Part shown: positions 51,691 to 61,737 of the stretch, one piece after another
Layout of the letters: every line of letters starts with the position of its first letter
Numbering within the stretch: the first letter of the stretch is position 1
Assembly (NCBI GenBank): GCA_963813025.1
Contig: CAWEXO010000009.1
Location: 96,001-160,000 of the forward strand
Length of the DNA stretch: 64,000 bases
From: an uncultured Verrucomicrobiae bacterium
Lineage (GTDB): Bacteria; Verrucomicrobiota; Verrucomicrobiia; Chthoniobacterales; JAFAMB01
Direction of reading: 5' to 3'
Made by a program: the position numbers and the translations under genes
Notes under the pieces: generated by a model
The model's input: only the letters and a program-made list of their open reading frames with translations
Database searches by the model: none
What the model was told of the DNA's origin: nothing

Positions 51691-52247
51691 ATGGAATGGC
51701 TGAATGAACCGCCGGAATGGCGAGCCGAGGAAGGCCGGCTGTCGGTCACGACCGGCTTGAGAACCGATTTCTGGCGGCGCACCCATTACGGGTTCATCCG
51801 GGATAACGGCCACTTCTACTACCAAGCCATTGACCGGGATTTTACGGCAAAGGTCCGGATCGGCGGAGAATACCAGGCGTTATACGATCAAGCGGGCCTG
51901 ATGATCCGTATCGATGCTGAGCATTGATAAAGGCCGGCGTAGAGTTTACTGATGGATTGCCAAAATTCTCCGTCGTGGTCACCAACACTTTTTCCGATTG
52001 GTCGGTGTTCCCGATCACCGGTTCGCCGGAGTTTGCCTGGCTTCGGGCGACCCGCTATGAAGAAGCGGTTCGCGTGGATGCGTCTCTTGATGGCAGAACA
52101 TTTCAGATGGTCCGCCTCGCTTGGCTTCCGGCTTCAACAACGGTTCAAGTAGGTCTCATGTGCTGCTCTCCGGAACGAGCCGGTTTCAGGGCTTGCTTTG
52201 CTGATTTTGCTCTGACCGACCCAACTAGCCGCGAGCTTCATACCTGA
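51691..52247 (+). CDS. DUF1349 domain protein, single-base frameshift at ~51926
   Basis: WLNEP...TDFWRRTHYGFIRDNGH...YDQAGL; CAT TG(G) ATA AAG would restore HWIKAGVE; CCSPERAGF. Confidence 0.85.
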
Positions 52248-52491
52248 AGACCTTTCCAGCGCGCAAAAGACCAGGGTGTAGCGAGGCCGTGCCTCCGCAG
52301 TGCTGGTGTTTGCTCGTTTGCTGGTAATAGGTCTCTTGTGTCTGGTTGTTCTGCTCGGGCGTATTTGCGGCCGCAGCAGGCGTAGAAGTCACGACTTGGC
52401 CGGCTGCCTCATGCTCCCGTTCTGAAATCCCTGGAACTGCGCGAAGCTTTCAGGTAGACCCAGTCTGCTTCTGTTGCGGTTCCTCCCGGAA

Positions 52492-53487
52492 ATGAATCAA
52501 CAATCTGCGGCTCCGCCCCGATTCGACGACAGCAGCCAACGCCGTCGGTTTCGGCTGCCGCGCGAGATTGGAATTCTGGCTGCGCTCGTCCTGATGATTC
52601 TGATTCTGAGCATCTTCATACCTCAATTCCGGGATATTCAGAATTTAACGAATATTACGCGGAATTTTTCCTTTGTTGGCATCGTGGCCATGGGTATGAC
52701 CGCTGTCATTTTGACTGGCGGCATCGATTTGTCGGTTGGGTCAACCTGGGGGATGACCGCGGTGATCGTGGCGGCGCTCGTAACCAACGGTTGGCCGCTT
52801 CCATTAGGGATTATGGCGGGCTTGGCTAGCGCCGCCGGGATCGGCTTGATCAATGGTTTGTGCGTCACCCGGCTGAACATGTCGCCCTTCGTTCCGACCC
52901 TGGCCACGCTTTCGATCGCGCGCAGCCTCGCCTTGATCATCACCCGAGGCCGCCCGATTTCAATCTTCGGCGAAGAGTACCGGACCTTTCTTTGGATCGG
53001 CGGTGGTGACATCTTCGGGATTCCCAATCCGTTTATCATTTTTCTGATAGTCGCAACCCTCTTCTGGGTTCTCCTTTCCCGTACCGTTTGGGGGCGATAT
53101 GTCTACGCGGTCGGTGGAAATGAACGAGCCGCGCGCCTGACCGGTCTGCGCGTAGGTCGGCTGAAGATTGTTGTTTATATACTCTCAGCGCTGGTCGCAG
53201 GGTTGGCGGGAATTATCCAGGTCAGCTATTTGTCCAGTGTCACGGCCGATCTGGGAACGGGCAACGAATTAGCCGTCATCGCAGCGACGGTTATCGGCGG
53301 AGCGAACCTGGCGGGCGGTGAAGGCACCATCGTCGGGACAGTAATCGGAGCCATCATTCTCGAAGTCCTCCGGAACGGGCTGCTCTTGTTTGGAATAGAT
53401 CCCTATTGGCAAGGAGTCTTTGTTGGTGCAGTAATTATTTTGGCTGTTTCCGTCGAATATTTCCGAAAGCTCTTGCGCCATGAGTAA
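52492..53487 (+). CDS. Monosaccharide ABC transporter permease (RbsC-like)
   Basis: GGIDLSVGS, YAVGGNERAA, ELAVIAATVIGG. Confidence 0.93.
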   Translation: MNQQSAAPPRFDDSSQRRRFRLPREIGILAALVLMILILSIFIPQFRDIQNLTNITRNFSFVGIVAMGMTAVILTGGIDLSVGSTWGMTAVIVAALVTNGWPLPLGIMAGLASAAGIGLINGLCVTRLNMSPFVPTLATLSIARSLALIITRGRPISIFGEEYRTFLWIGGGDIFGIPNPFIIFLIVATLFWVLLSRTVWGRYVYAVGGNERAARLTGLRVGRLKIVVYILSALVAGLAGIIQVSYLSSVTADLGTGNELAVIAATVIGGANLAGGEGTIVGTVIGAIILEVLRNGLLLFGIDPYWQGVFVGAVIILAVSVEYFRKLLRHE

Positions 53488-53567
53488 GAGTTTGTTCAAT
53501 CCAACAATACCCTCCCAAGAACCCGTGTTGACCGCGATCGGTCACGCGTGCTCCTCCCGTAAATCCT

Positions 53568-54524
53568 ATGAAAACAAATCAATGGCGATCACTTATTGCC
53601 GCGATCGGCTGCGCCTCAGCCTTGGTTGGCGGCGCCCAAGCCGCTGACAAACCGAAAACCTTCGCGATCGTACCAAAATCGATCAGCGTTTCCTTTTACA
53701 ATGATGTCGAGAAAGGATGTAAAGAAGAAGGCAAGAAACTCGGAGTAAATGTCATTTACACCGGCCCGGAAACGGCCGACGCGGCGAAACAGGTGCAAAT
53801 CCTGCAAGACCTGGTAAGCCGCGGCGTCGACGGCTTCGCGGTGGCACCGATGGATGCTGACTCGGTGATTGGCGTGATCGATTCGGCTCTGCAAAAGGGC
53901 ATTAAAGTCATCACCTTCGACTCTGATTCGCCGAAATCCAAGCGAGTCTGCTTCGTTGGCACGAACAATGAACAAGGAGGCACAGAGGGAGGCAAAGCTT
54001 TCGCGTCGATGTTGCCGAAAGGTAAGTTCGCGATCCTCACCGGCGGTCTTGCCGCCGACAACCTGAACCAACGAATCGATGGGTTCAGAAAGGCTTTGAA
54101 AGATTCGGGCGGTCAATACTCAGAAATTCAGGGATCCCCGTTCCCTTGCAATGATGACGCCGCAAAATCGATCCAGATTATTCAGGATACTCTGACCAGA
54201 AACCCTGACCTTAACGGGTTCTTTTTCTCTGGCGGCTGGCCTCTTTTTGGCGCGCCTGAAGCTTATTTGAAAGCGGTTTCCAATCGCTTGCCCGACATCA
54301 AAGCCAAAAAATTTGTTGTCGTTTCCTTCGATACTTTGCCGGACGAACTGAAGCTCCTGAAACAGCGCGCCTGCAACGCGCTGATCGGGCAGCGGCCTTA
54401 CGCGATGGGAACGAAGAGCGTTGATGTACTGAACGATTTAGTCAACGGCAAAACCGTGCCTCGGGTTGTCGACACCGGTGTTGATGTGGTAACGGCGGAA
54501 AATGTCGTTCAATTTTTGAAGTAG
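53568..54524 (+). CDS. Monosaccharide ABC transporter substrate-binding protein
   Basis: Signal peptide; VITFDSD, GTNNEQGG, GQRPYAMG, DTGVDVVT. Confidence 0.92.
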   Translation: MKTNQWRSLIAAIGCASALVGGAQAADKPKTFAIVPKSISVSFYNDVEKGCKEEGKKLGVNVIYTGPETADAAKQVQILQDLVSRGVDGFAVAPMDADSVIGVIDSALQKGIKVITFDSDSPKSKRVCFVGTNNEQGGTEGGKAFASMLPKGKFAILTGGLAADNLNQRIDGFRKALKDSGGQYSEIQGSPFPCNDDAAKSIQIIQDTLTRNPDLNGFFFSGGWPLFGAPEAYLKAVSNRLPDIKAKKFVVVSFDTLPDELKLLKQRACNALIGQRPYAMGTKSVDVLNDLVNGKTVPRVVDTGVDVVTAENVVQFLK

Positions 54525-54593
54525 CTCTGGCGAACGCCGCCCTCAGGCGAACGAGATTGAACGTATTCAGGCGTCGTTGGGCGGCGGCTCAGG

Positions 54594-55189
54594 CTAGTGC
54601 ACCGTCCTCATATACTGGTGCCGTCGCCGCGGCCCACAGGGTTGCGTCGAAGAGACTGTCTCGGAACATTCTTGGACTCTGTGCTGCTGGTAGGGCAAAA
54701 AATTCAGAAAGTCTCACAAAAGTGTGTCTGGGCCCTGTGTCGGTAGGGCGAGAATTCATCTGAGCCTTCGGCGAAGACTCGTTCGAGCCGGACGATGGAG
54801 TTGCCACACCCAAGGCGGCTCCGCCTTCGCCAAGGCTATGGCGGACACGTCAAACAAGTTCTCGCTGACGCTCGTCCGCCAAGGCGGATCGCCCTACCAG
54901 CACAGAGCCCAAGAATGTTCCGAGACGCTCTCCTAAATTGTCGCGTTGCCGGCATCAGGGCCAGCCACACCTTGTGAGACAAGCTCTTCAATTTTTCGCC
55001 CTACCGGAGCAGGGCCGAGGCCAGGTTGCGATACAGCTTCTGAAAATGGGCCTGCGGCTGCGTTGCTCGTCGGTTACGTATCGATTCGGATATGCGCCCT
55101 CCCACTGCCAGTTCCAAGCCCGGACCGCCTTGCCGGCGGCCCATTTTGAACACAACGATGGCACCAGTATATGAGAGACGGTGCATTAG
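54594..55189. mobile_element. MITE-like element family A, diverged copy carrying nested repeats (596 bp)
   Basis: CTAGTGCACCGTCCTCATATACTGGTGCCGTCG...CGATGGCACCAGTATATGAGAGACGGTGCATTAG; module 2 retained; several internal IR pairs. Confidence 0.8.
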
Positions 55190-55205
55190 GTGGCCTCGCT
55201 GTACA

Positions 55206-55295
55206 GAGTCCTTGAAAAGAAAAATGGAATACGTGGAGATGAGGCGCTCAAAAGAACTTGATTCATCCACGTCAACTTGCAGTTTTCAAGGACTC
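55206..55295. repeat. Small hairpin/MITE-like element
   Basis: Perfect 13-bp IR GAGTCCTTGAAAA / TTTTCAAGGACTC with inner ACGTGGA / TCCACGT. Confidence 0.65.
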
Positions 55296-55339
55296 CAGAA
55301 GATCAAGCCGACGCCTGAAGAGAACCTGAAAATCGCCTT

Positions 55340-56824
55340 TTGCCTGCTTTACTCCAGATCAACGGCATTTCGAAGCGCTTTCCCGGCGTGCAAGCGCTTA
55401 GCGACGTTACGTTTGACGTCGATGAGGGCAGCATCCACGCGGTCATGGGCGAAAATGGTGCTGGCAAAAGCACCTTGATGCAGGTTATCGCGGGCGTTCA
55501 TCAGCCGGACAACGGTACAATCCGCTTCGGCGGTGAGCGCGTTCATTTCTCGCGCACCGCCGAAGCACAAGCGAAAGGCATCGCGATCGTTTACCAGGAA
55601 CTGAACCTGGCTCCTAATCTCTCGATCGCGGAGAACATTTTTTTGGGTATAGAACCACGAAGATCCGGTTTTTTGCTCGACCGCTCTACCCTTCACCAAA
55701 GCGCGCGGCAAGCGATGGCGCGACTCGGGCTGCATTTTGATCCAGATCGAATCGTTCGAACCCTTACCGTTGCGCAGCAGCAGCTGATTGAAATCTGCAA
55801 AAGCCTGATTCGTGAGCCGCGTCTTCTTATTCTGGACGAGCCGACCTCCAGCCTTTCCGAAACCGAATCGGCCATTTTGTTCCGCGTAATTAGCGATCTC
55901 CAGGCTCGCGGAGTCACGATTCTTTATATTTCGCATCGATTACCCGAAGTGTTTGCCTTATGCCATACGATCACCGTCCTGCGTGACGGGCGTCACGTGC
56001 GAACGGTGCCGGTGAGTCAGACCAATGAAGCTGAGATCGTCCGTCTGATGGTAGGGCGAGAGTTGCTGCAGTTCCATCGTTCGAGTGGCGATCCGAAAGA
56101 CGTCGTACTTGAGGTAAGGGGCCTCACAAAAAAAGGTCAGTATGCAAACATCAGTTTCTTTCTGCGCGGCGGCGAGATTCTTGCCATGGCCGGGCTTATC
56201 GGCGCCGGCCGGAGTGAAATCGCGCTCGGAATTTTCGGATCGCCGCCTCCGGAAAGCGGCACGATTTTTCTGCAGGGAAAGCCGGTTCATCTTCACGAAC
56301 CAACAGATGCCCTCACCGCTGGCATCGCCTTTGTGCCAGAAGATCGGAAGTCCATGGGCTTGGTCCTCAGCGCCAGTGTTGGTCATAATATTTCCATCGC
56401 CAACCTGCGGAACCTAGCGTTTGGGCCGTTCGTGGACCAAGCGCGAGAAAGCTCTTTAGTAGATCGCTTCGTGTCCCGCCTCCGGGTCCGAACACCCACA
56501 ACCGAGCAGCGCACCGGTTTGTTGAGTGGCGGAAACCAGCAAAAAGTTCTGCTCGCGAAATGGCTCGCGGTGCAACCTCAGGTGCTGATTGTCGATGAGC
56601 CCACGCGCGGCGTCGACATTGGGACCAAAGCCGAGATCTACCACCTGTTCGATGAGTTGGTGCAAGAAGGAATTGCCATCCTGATAATTTCTAGCGATCT
56701 CCCGGAGGTACTTGCTCTGGCGGACCGGATTCTGGTGATGCGCCATGGACAGATCACTGGCGAGCTATCCCGGGCCGAGGCTACGGAAGAGAAAATCATG
56801 CATTTGGCTGCGCTGGGGTCTTAG
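55340..56824 (+). CDS. Sugar ABC transporter ATP-binding protein (RbsA/MglA-like)
   Basis: GENGAGKSTL, LDEPT, PEDRK, LSGGNQQK. Confidence 0.95.
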   Translation: MPALLQINGISKRFPGVQALSDVTFDVDEGSIHAVMGENGAGKSTLMQVIAGVHQPDNGTIRFGGERVHFSRTAEAQAKGIAIVYQELNLAPNLSIAENIFLGIEPRRSGFLLDRSTLHQSARQAMARLGLHFDPDRIVRTLTVAQQQLIEICKSLIREPRLLILDEPTSSLSETESAILFRVISDLQARGVTILYISHRLPEVFALCHTITVLRDGRHVRTVPVSQTNEAEIVRLMVGRELLQFHRSSGDPKDVVLEVRGLTKKGQYANISFFLRGGEILAMAGLIGAGRSEIALGIFGSPPPESGTIFLQGKPVHLHEPTDALTAGIAFVPEDRKSMGLVLSASVGHNISIANLRNLAFGPFVDQARESSLVDRFVSRLRVRTPTTEQRTGLLSGGNQQKVLLAKWLAVQPQVLIVDEPTRGVDIGTKAEIYHLFDELVQEGIAILIISSDLPEVLALADRILVMRHGQITGELSRAEATEEKIMHLAALGS

Positions 56825-56843
56825 GAAGACTGACATGGCAGGC

Positions 56844-57812
56844 TCATAAGTAGAAATTGCGGACCCAACGATGGGCTTTCAGCAGCTCAACCTGTTCCTT
56901 AGGGAGTCCGCGTCCGGCTCCTATTTGGCAGTTTCGTTCGACGTTTCGCACCGAACGCATTCCAGGAATGACGGTTGATACAGCCGGGTGACTCAAGACA
57001 TACCGCAAAGACGTTTCGGCCATCTGATCCAGCGAGATACCGAGGTCAGCGGCGATGTTTTGCACGCGTTCATAGACTTCTTTCTTTCGATCGCCGCGGA
57101 AATATCTGCCGCGGAAATCACCTTCGGCAAACGTGGTTTTCGGCGTAATCGTTCCTGTCAGCCCCCCTTCATCCAATGCCACACGTACAATTACCCCAAC
57201 CTGTTGCCGTTCACATGCGGGAAACAGTTGATCTTCAGGGCTCTGCTCAAAAATATTATAGATGACTTGAACGGTATCTACCACGCCTGTCTCAATGAGT
57301 TTGAGCGCATTATCCGGCTGATAGTCATTTATTGAGACGCCAAAAAAGCTCAGTTTCCCTTGTTTCTTGAGCTGTTGAATGGCGTCTAACCAATCGCCGT
57401 GGTTGACCCATTCGTCAGACCAGACATGAAACTGCTGTACATCAATCCTATCCAACCCAAGATTTCTCAAGCTCTCTTCGGTACAGGCTACGACATGCTC
57501 AGAAGGAAAGGTTTCTTCCACCGACACCCCTGATTGTGCGGGCCACTGACGATTCTTTGGTGGAATTTTTGTTGCCACGTAGACCGTTTCAGAGCGTTCT
57601 TTGATAACCCGCCCGACGAGACTTTCACTGTGCCCTTCGCCGTAAGCTAGAGCGGTGTCGACAAAGTTCAGTCCGAGATCAAAGGCCTTGTGCAGAGCCT
57701 TGACTGACTCATCGTCCGAGGCGCCGATCCACATGCTTTTTCCGATTCCCCAGGCGCCGTAGCCGATTTCAGAAACCTGTAATCCTGTTTTACCCAGTGT
57801 TCGATAGTTCAT
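56844..57812 (-). CDS. Aldo/keto reductase
   Basis: [33 protein letters not shown]. Confidence 0.93.
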   Translation of the reverse strand: MNYRTLGKTGLQVSEIGYGAWGIGKSMWIGASDDESVKALHKAFDLGLNFVDTALAYGEGHSESLVGRVIKERSETVYVATKIPPKNRQWPAQSGVSVEETFPSEHVVACTEESLRNLGLDRIDVQQFHVWSDEWVNHGDWLDAIQQLKKQGKLSFFGVSINDYQPDNALKLIETGVVDTVQVIYNIFEQSPEDQLFPACERQQVGVIVRVALDEGGLTGTITPKTTFAEGDFRGRYFRGDRKKEVYERVQNIAADLGISLDQMAETSLRYVLSHPAVSTVIPGMRSVRNVERNCQIGAGRGLPKEQVELLKAHRWVRNFYL

Positions 57813-58902
57813 TATGAGTTAGTATCTTCTTGTTATTGGTTATGCCTTGCTCGGAGGCAAGCTGATTGCCCGTCGAATACCCGGCGTTCGCTCCGCACGA
57901 TTCTCGGACGATCAACCTCAGAGCCAATTTGCAGTTTCGGATGCCAACCGACCGTCCCTCGAGCAAGTCAATTGCTGCCAAAGCAGCCTGTTCCCCTTGC
58001 TTGATCGGTTCAGTATCGACCGTCGTGAGCGGGGGGTTGGAATACGCAGCAATCGGTAAACCATCAAACCCGACCACGGCAACGTCACCTGGAACCGAAA
58101 GCCGCGCTTCGCGAAGTGCGGCTAGCGCGCCCACAGCGATCGTGTCGTTTCCGGCGAAGAGCGCGGTGGGATGCCGACCCCGTTGCAAAATTTGGCGCAT
58201 CCCACGATAGCCGCTCTCGAGATTGAAATCGCCGTAGGCGATCAGCCCTTCCTTCGACTCAATTTGTGCCTTCTCCAGAGCCCGACGAAAAGCGCGAAGT
58301 CGTTCTCTGGCTCCGATGTAGTGGACTGGCGCATAGGTGATATGGGCGATGCGCCGATGACCCAGATCGATCAGGTGGCGCGTCGCACGCTGGGCGGATC
58401 GGCCGGTGTTTGGGCGAATCGAATTTTCCTTCGGGTGACCGATCGATCCAAAAATTACTACGGGGAATTGAGAGTCAATGAGCCGAACCAATCCATCATC
58501 CTCGGAGTTGGCATTAAGGACAATGAGTGCATCGATACTCTTGCTCTTTGCTAAATCAAGGTAAGCGGTGCGCCGCGCTCCGGCCTCAACAGCCTCCACT
58601 AATAGCCTGTAACCGCGGCGGTTACAGACCCGGCCAATTCCAAACATGAGCGGCGGAGCAAAAGCGTCGACGCTCAGCAAGTCTCCGTGAGCCAGCACCA
58701 GTCCCAGCGTCCGGCTTCGCCCACTGACCAGCATGCGGGCCGCGGAATTCGGAACGTAAGCAAGTGCCTTGGCCGCGTGAAGAACGCGTGCTTTGGTTTC
58801 GGCCCCGATGTTCGTTCCTCTCTTTTCGTTCAGCACGAAGGAGACGGTAGTCCGCGATACACCGGCCGCCCGCGCAATATCGTTGCTTGTTACCCGGCGC
58901 AT
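57790..58902 (-). CDS. LacI family transcriptional regulator
   Basis: [40 protein letters not shown]. Confidence 0.95.
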   Translation of the reverse strand: MRRVTSNDIARAAGVSRTTVSFVLNEKRGTNIGAETKARVLHAAKALAYVPNSAARMLVSGRSRTLGLVLAHGDLLSVDAFAPPLMFGIGRVCNRRGYRLLVEAVEAGARRTAYLDLAKSKSIDALIVLNANSEDDGLVRLIDSQFPVVIFGSIGHPKENSIRPNTGRSAQRATRHLIDLGHRRIAHITYAPVHYIGARERLRAFRRALEKAQIESKEGLIAYGDFNLESGYRGMRQILQRGRHPTALFAGNDTIAVGALAALREARLSVPGDVAVVGFDGLPIAAYSNPPLTTVDTEPIKQGEQAALAAIDLLEGRSVGIRNCKLALRLIVRESCGANAGYSTGNQLASEQGITNNKKILTHNELSNTG

Positions 58903-58930
58903 GCCTTCTATATCCCTGGCGGATGGCACA

Positions 58931-60277
58931 CTAACTCCCTACGGTAACCGCCGGCGCATTACGAAACTGGTGGGGTATCCATTCTCCGTGCTCGGCCAGC
59001 AATTCATCGACCAGACGCCAGATTTCGTCCAGTTCAAGTTCTGAGCCGGTGTGAGGATCTAACATCGCGGCATGATAGATATAGTCGCGCTTTCCGGTGA
59101 GCAGCGCTTCTACCACGAGACCCTGGACATTGATATTCGTCTGCATGAGCGCTGCCAACTGCGGCGGGATAGCTCCGATGTGCGTCGGTTGAAATCCATT
59201 CCGGTCAACCAGACAAGGCACTTCGACGCAACAGCCCGGTGGAAGGTTAGTGACCAAGCCCGTATTTTCCACATTCCCATACACCACGCGCGGAAAGCCG
59301 GTCTCCAAGCTGTGAATGATGGCGGATCCATATTCCACGCTGCGCTCCATTTCTAATCGTGCATCGGGCGATTCCAGCTCCTCCTGCAGCGTTTGCCAAT
59401 AGGCACTTCGGGTTTCACATCGTCGAGGATATTCGTCCAGAGGAATGTGGTATCGATCAATGAGATCCTCTCTTCCCTTTTTGATATACCACGGTACGTA
59501 TTCGGCAAAGTGTTCGCTGGATTCGGTTACGAAATAGCCGAGTCGGCGAAACATGTCGTAGCGAACCAAGTTATCTCTCGGGACCCGACCTTCCTCGATT
59601 ACCTTGTGGATCAGTGGGTACAGATCTTCTCCATCCCGCTCGAACCTCAGATAGAACGCCAGGTGATTTATGCCGGCTACGACGTAATTGATTTCCTCGA
59701 GCGGCACACCGATATCAATAGCGAGCTCGTTGCTGGTGTGTTGGACGCTGTGGCAGAGACCGATGGTTCGGATGCGGGTCGCGCGATTGATTGCCCAACA
59801 GTTCATCGCCATCGGGTTAACATAATTCAGGTGTACTACCTCAGGACAGCGCCGCTCCATCTCACGGCACATCTCGACTAAAACCGGAATGGTCCGCAAT
59901 GCGCGCATGATTCCGCCGATCCCCAGCGTGTCACCGATGGTCTGGCGGAGCCCATATCTCTTGGGAATCTCAAAGTCGGTAATCGTGCATGGTCGATAAC
60001 CGCCGACTTGAATCATGTTAACGGCGTACTGCGCACCATCCAGAGCGCAGCCCCGGTCGGTCGTAGCCTCGATCGCGGTGCTAAGTCCTCGTGCCTGGGC
60101 GACGCGGTGAGCTACCAGCTCCGAAATCTGGAGTCGCTCCGAATCAATGTCGAAAAGGCAGATCTGGCAGTCAGCCAATTCTGGGAATGACAGGAGGTCG
60201 ACGAGCAGATTCCTGGCAAAGACTGTGCTTCCAGCCCCAATGAACGTAATTTTTCGCGCGGAATAATGTTTTGTCAT
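58931..60277 (-). CDS. melA: GH4 NAD-dependent alpha-galactosidase/alpha-glucosidase
   Basis: IGAGSTVF, QTIGDTLGIGG, NYVNPM, GLCHSVQ, AGINH, TESSEHFAEY. Confidence 0.88.
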   Translation of the reverse strand: MTKHYSARKITFIGAGSTVFARNLLVDLLSFPELADCQICLFDIDSERLQISELVAHRVAQARGLSTAIEATTDRGCALDGAQYAVNMIQVGGYRPCTITDFEIPKRYGLRQTIGDTLGIGGIMRALRTIPVLVEMCREMERRCPEVVHLNYVNPMAMNCWAINRATRIRTIGLCHSVQHTSNELAIDIGVPLEEINYVVAGINHLAFYLRFERDGEDLYPLIHKVIEEGRVPRDNLVRYDMFRRLGYFVTESSEHFAEYVPWYIKKGREDLIDRYHIPLDEYPRRCETRSAYWQTLQEELESPDARLEMERSVEYGSAIIHSLETGFPRVVYGNVENTGLVTNLPPGCCVEVPCLVDRNGFQPTHIGAIPPQLAALMQTNINVQGLVVEALLTGKRDYIYHAAMLDPHTGSELELDEIWRLVDELLAEHGEWIPHQFRNAPAVTVGS

Positions 60278-60332
60278 TGGATTTCCGGAGCTGAGCAGCC
60301 GCGGGAGTGTTTTCCTTCAAAATCCGGCACCG

Positions 60333-61649
60333 CTAAGAGCTCTGCTCAAACAGAGCGTTGACTTCCTGGCTGGCCGCTTTGAGCGTGGTCGCCGCGTCTG
60401 CCCCATTTAAGTAAATTGCATCGAAGGCCGCTCGCATGATTCGATCCACATCGCTGGCGTGGTCGGTGATTGGAAACAGAAAGGTCGCCTGCGGATCGGT
60501 CGCTTCCTCGACAAAAGCAGAAACATCCACTCCTTGCTGGGCCATCTTGGCTTTTGCAATTTCCGTCGCTTCCGGCACCGCCGGGAAAACACCGCCATAT
60601 TGCGCCACGATCTTCTGGGCGTCCGGCGAGGCCAGAAATTTCACCCACTTCCACGCTTCTTCCTGATGTTTGCTGCCGACCCAGATCGAATCCGCCAAGC
60701 CGTTAAACATCGACCGACGGCCCACCGGCCCTTTTGGCAAAGGAGCGAACCCGATATCGAATTTGCAGTTCTCCCTGTACCAATGCACGGACCAGTCACC
60801 GGTCAGAGCCAGCGCGCCTTTCTGGGCTGCGAATAGCCCATTTTCACCGGCCTGGCGGGCATTCGCCGCCGGTACGATAATTCCCTTCTTCATCATGTTA
60901 GCAATCCATTGGATCGCCTCCGCCAATTTCGGATCGTCATAGTTGAGGTGATTTGCCCAGGGGCCATCGTTAAATTTGAAACCATTGGATACCGCAAAAT
61001 GGCTCCACTCAACCTGTCCATATCCGTCCACCGAGCCATTAATCAGCAGTCCATATTGTTTGATGTTTTTTGGATCGAATCCTGCATCCAAAGCTGTTTT
61101 GCCATTTGCGTCGACAGTCAGCTTGGCTAACACCTGACCAAACGAACCGCCATCTTTCGGATTCCAATCCAGTGAGAAGAGCGACTGGGGGTCGATCCCG
61201 GCTTTCTCCAACATACCTTTGTTGTAGACAATTCCGATTGTGTCCCAATCTTTCGGTAAGCCGTATTGCTTGCCATTTCTTCCCCATACCTTGACCAGAT
61301 CGCCCAGATAAATGTTTGTCGGCACCTTGTCGCTAGCGATCAGGGGAGCAAGATCTACCAGGAGATTGTTTTGGATGAATTCCGGATACCTTGCCAGGTG
61401 ATCGGTGATCACATCGGGCGCCGTCCCAGATACGAACGCCGTATTGAGTGCGTTCCAATAGTCGAACCAACCGGTTTGGGTGATTTTGATTTTGATATCG
61501 GGGTTCTGCTTTTCGAACGCTGCTGCGCAAGCTCGGTAGGCCGGCAGTTGGTTGTTGTCCCATAGCCAATAGTTGATTTCGGTCACCGCCTGAGCGGGAA
61601 TGCCAGCCAGGACGCTGCTAGCGAGCAGGAGCTTTGTCAGATTTCGCAT
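60333..61649 (-). CDS. Carbohydrate ABC transporter substrate-binding protein (paralog 2)
   Basis: Signal peptide; SGTAPDV, QYGLPKDWD, AWKWVKFLAS. Confidence 0.92.
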   Translation of the reverse strand: MRNLTKLLLASSVLAGIPAQAVTEINYWLWDNNQLPAYRACAAAFEKQNPDIKIKITQTGWFDYWNALNTAFVSGTAPDVITDHLARYPEFIQNNLLVDLAPLIASDKVPTNIYLGDLVKVWGRNGKQYGLPKDWDTIGIVYNKGMLEKAGIDPQSLFSLDWNPKDGGSFGQVLAKLTVDANGKTALDAGFDPKNIKQYGLLINGSVDGYGQVEWSHFAVSNGFKFNDGPWANHLNYDDPKLAEAIQWIANMMKKGIIVPAANARQAGENGLFAAQKGALALTGDWSVHWYRENCKFDIGFAPLPKGPVGRRSMFNGLADSIWVGSKHQEEAWKWVKFLASPDAQKIVAQYGGVFPAVPEATEIAKAKMAQQGVDVSAFVEEATDPQATFLFPITDHASDVDRIMRAAFDAIYLNGADAATTLKAASQEVNALFEQSS

Positions 61650-61737
61650 AGGTTTCAGGATTAGGATTGGTTTTTAATCGTGGACGGGTTGGTTGAAAGG
61701 GTTCGGTGGTATGTGGTCAGAACCACGGCGGCGGGTT

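Noticed and set aside
51925..51930. Possible TGA readthrough or recoding in the DUF1349 gene
   Set aside because: The downstream part is in a different frame; one missing G explains it, and TGA is a normal stop in other genes here
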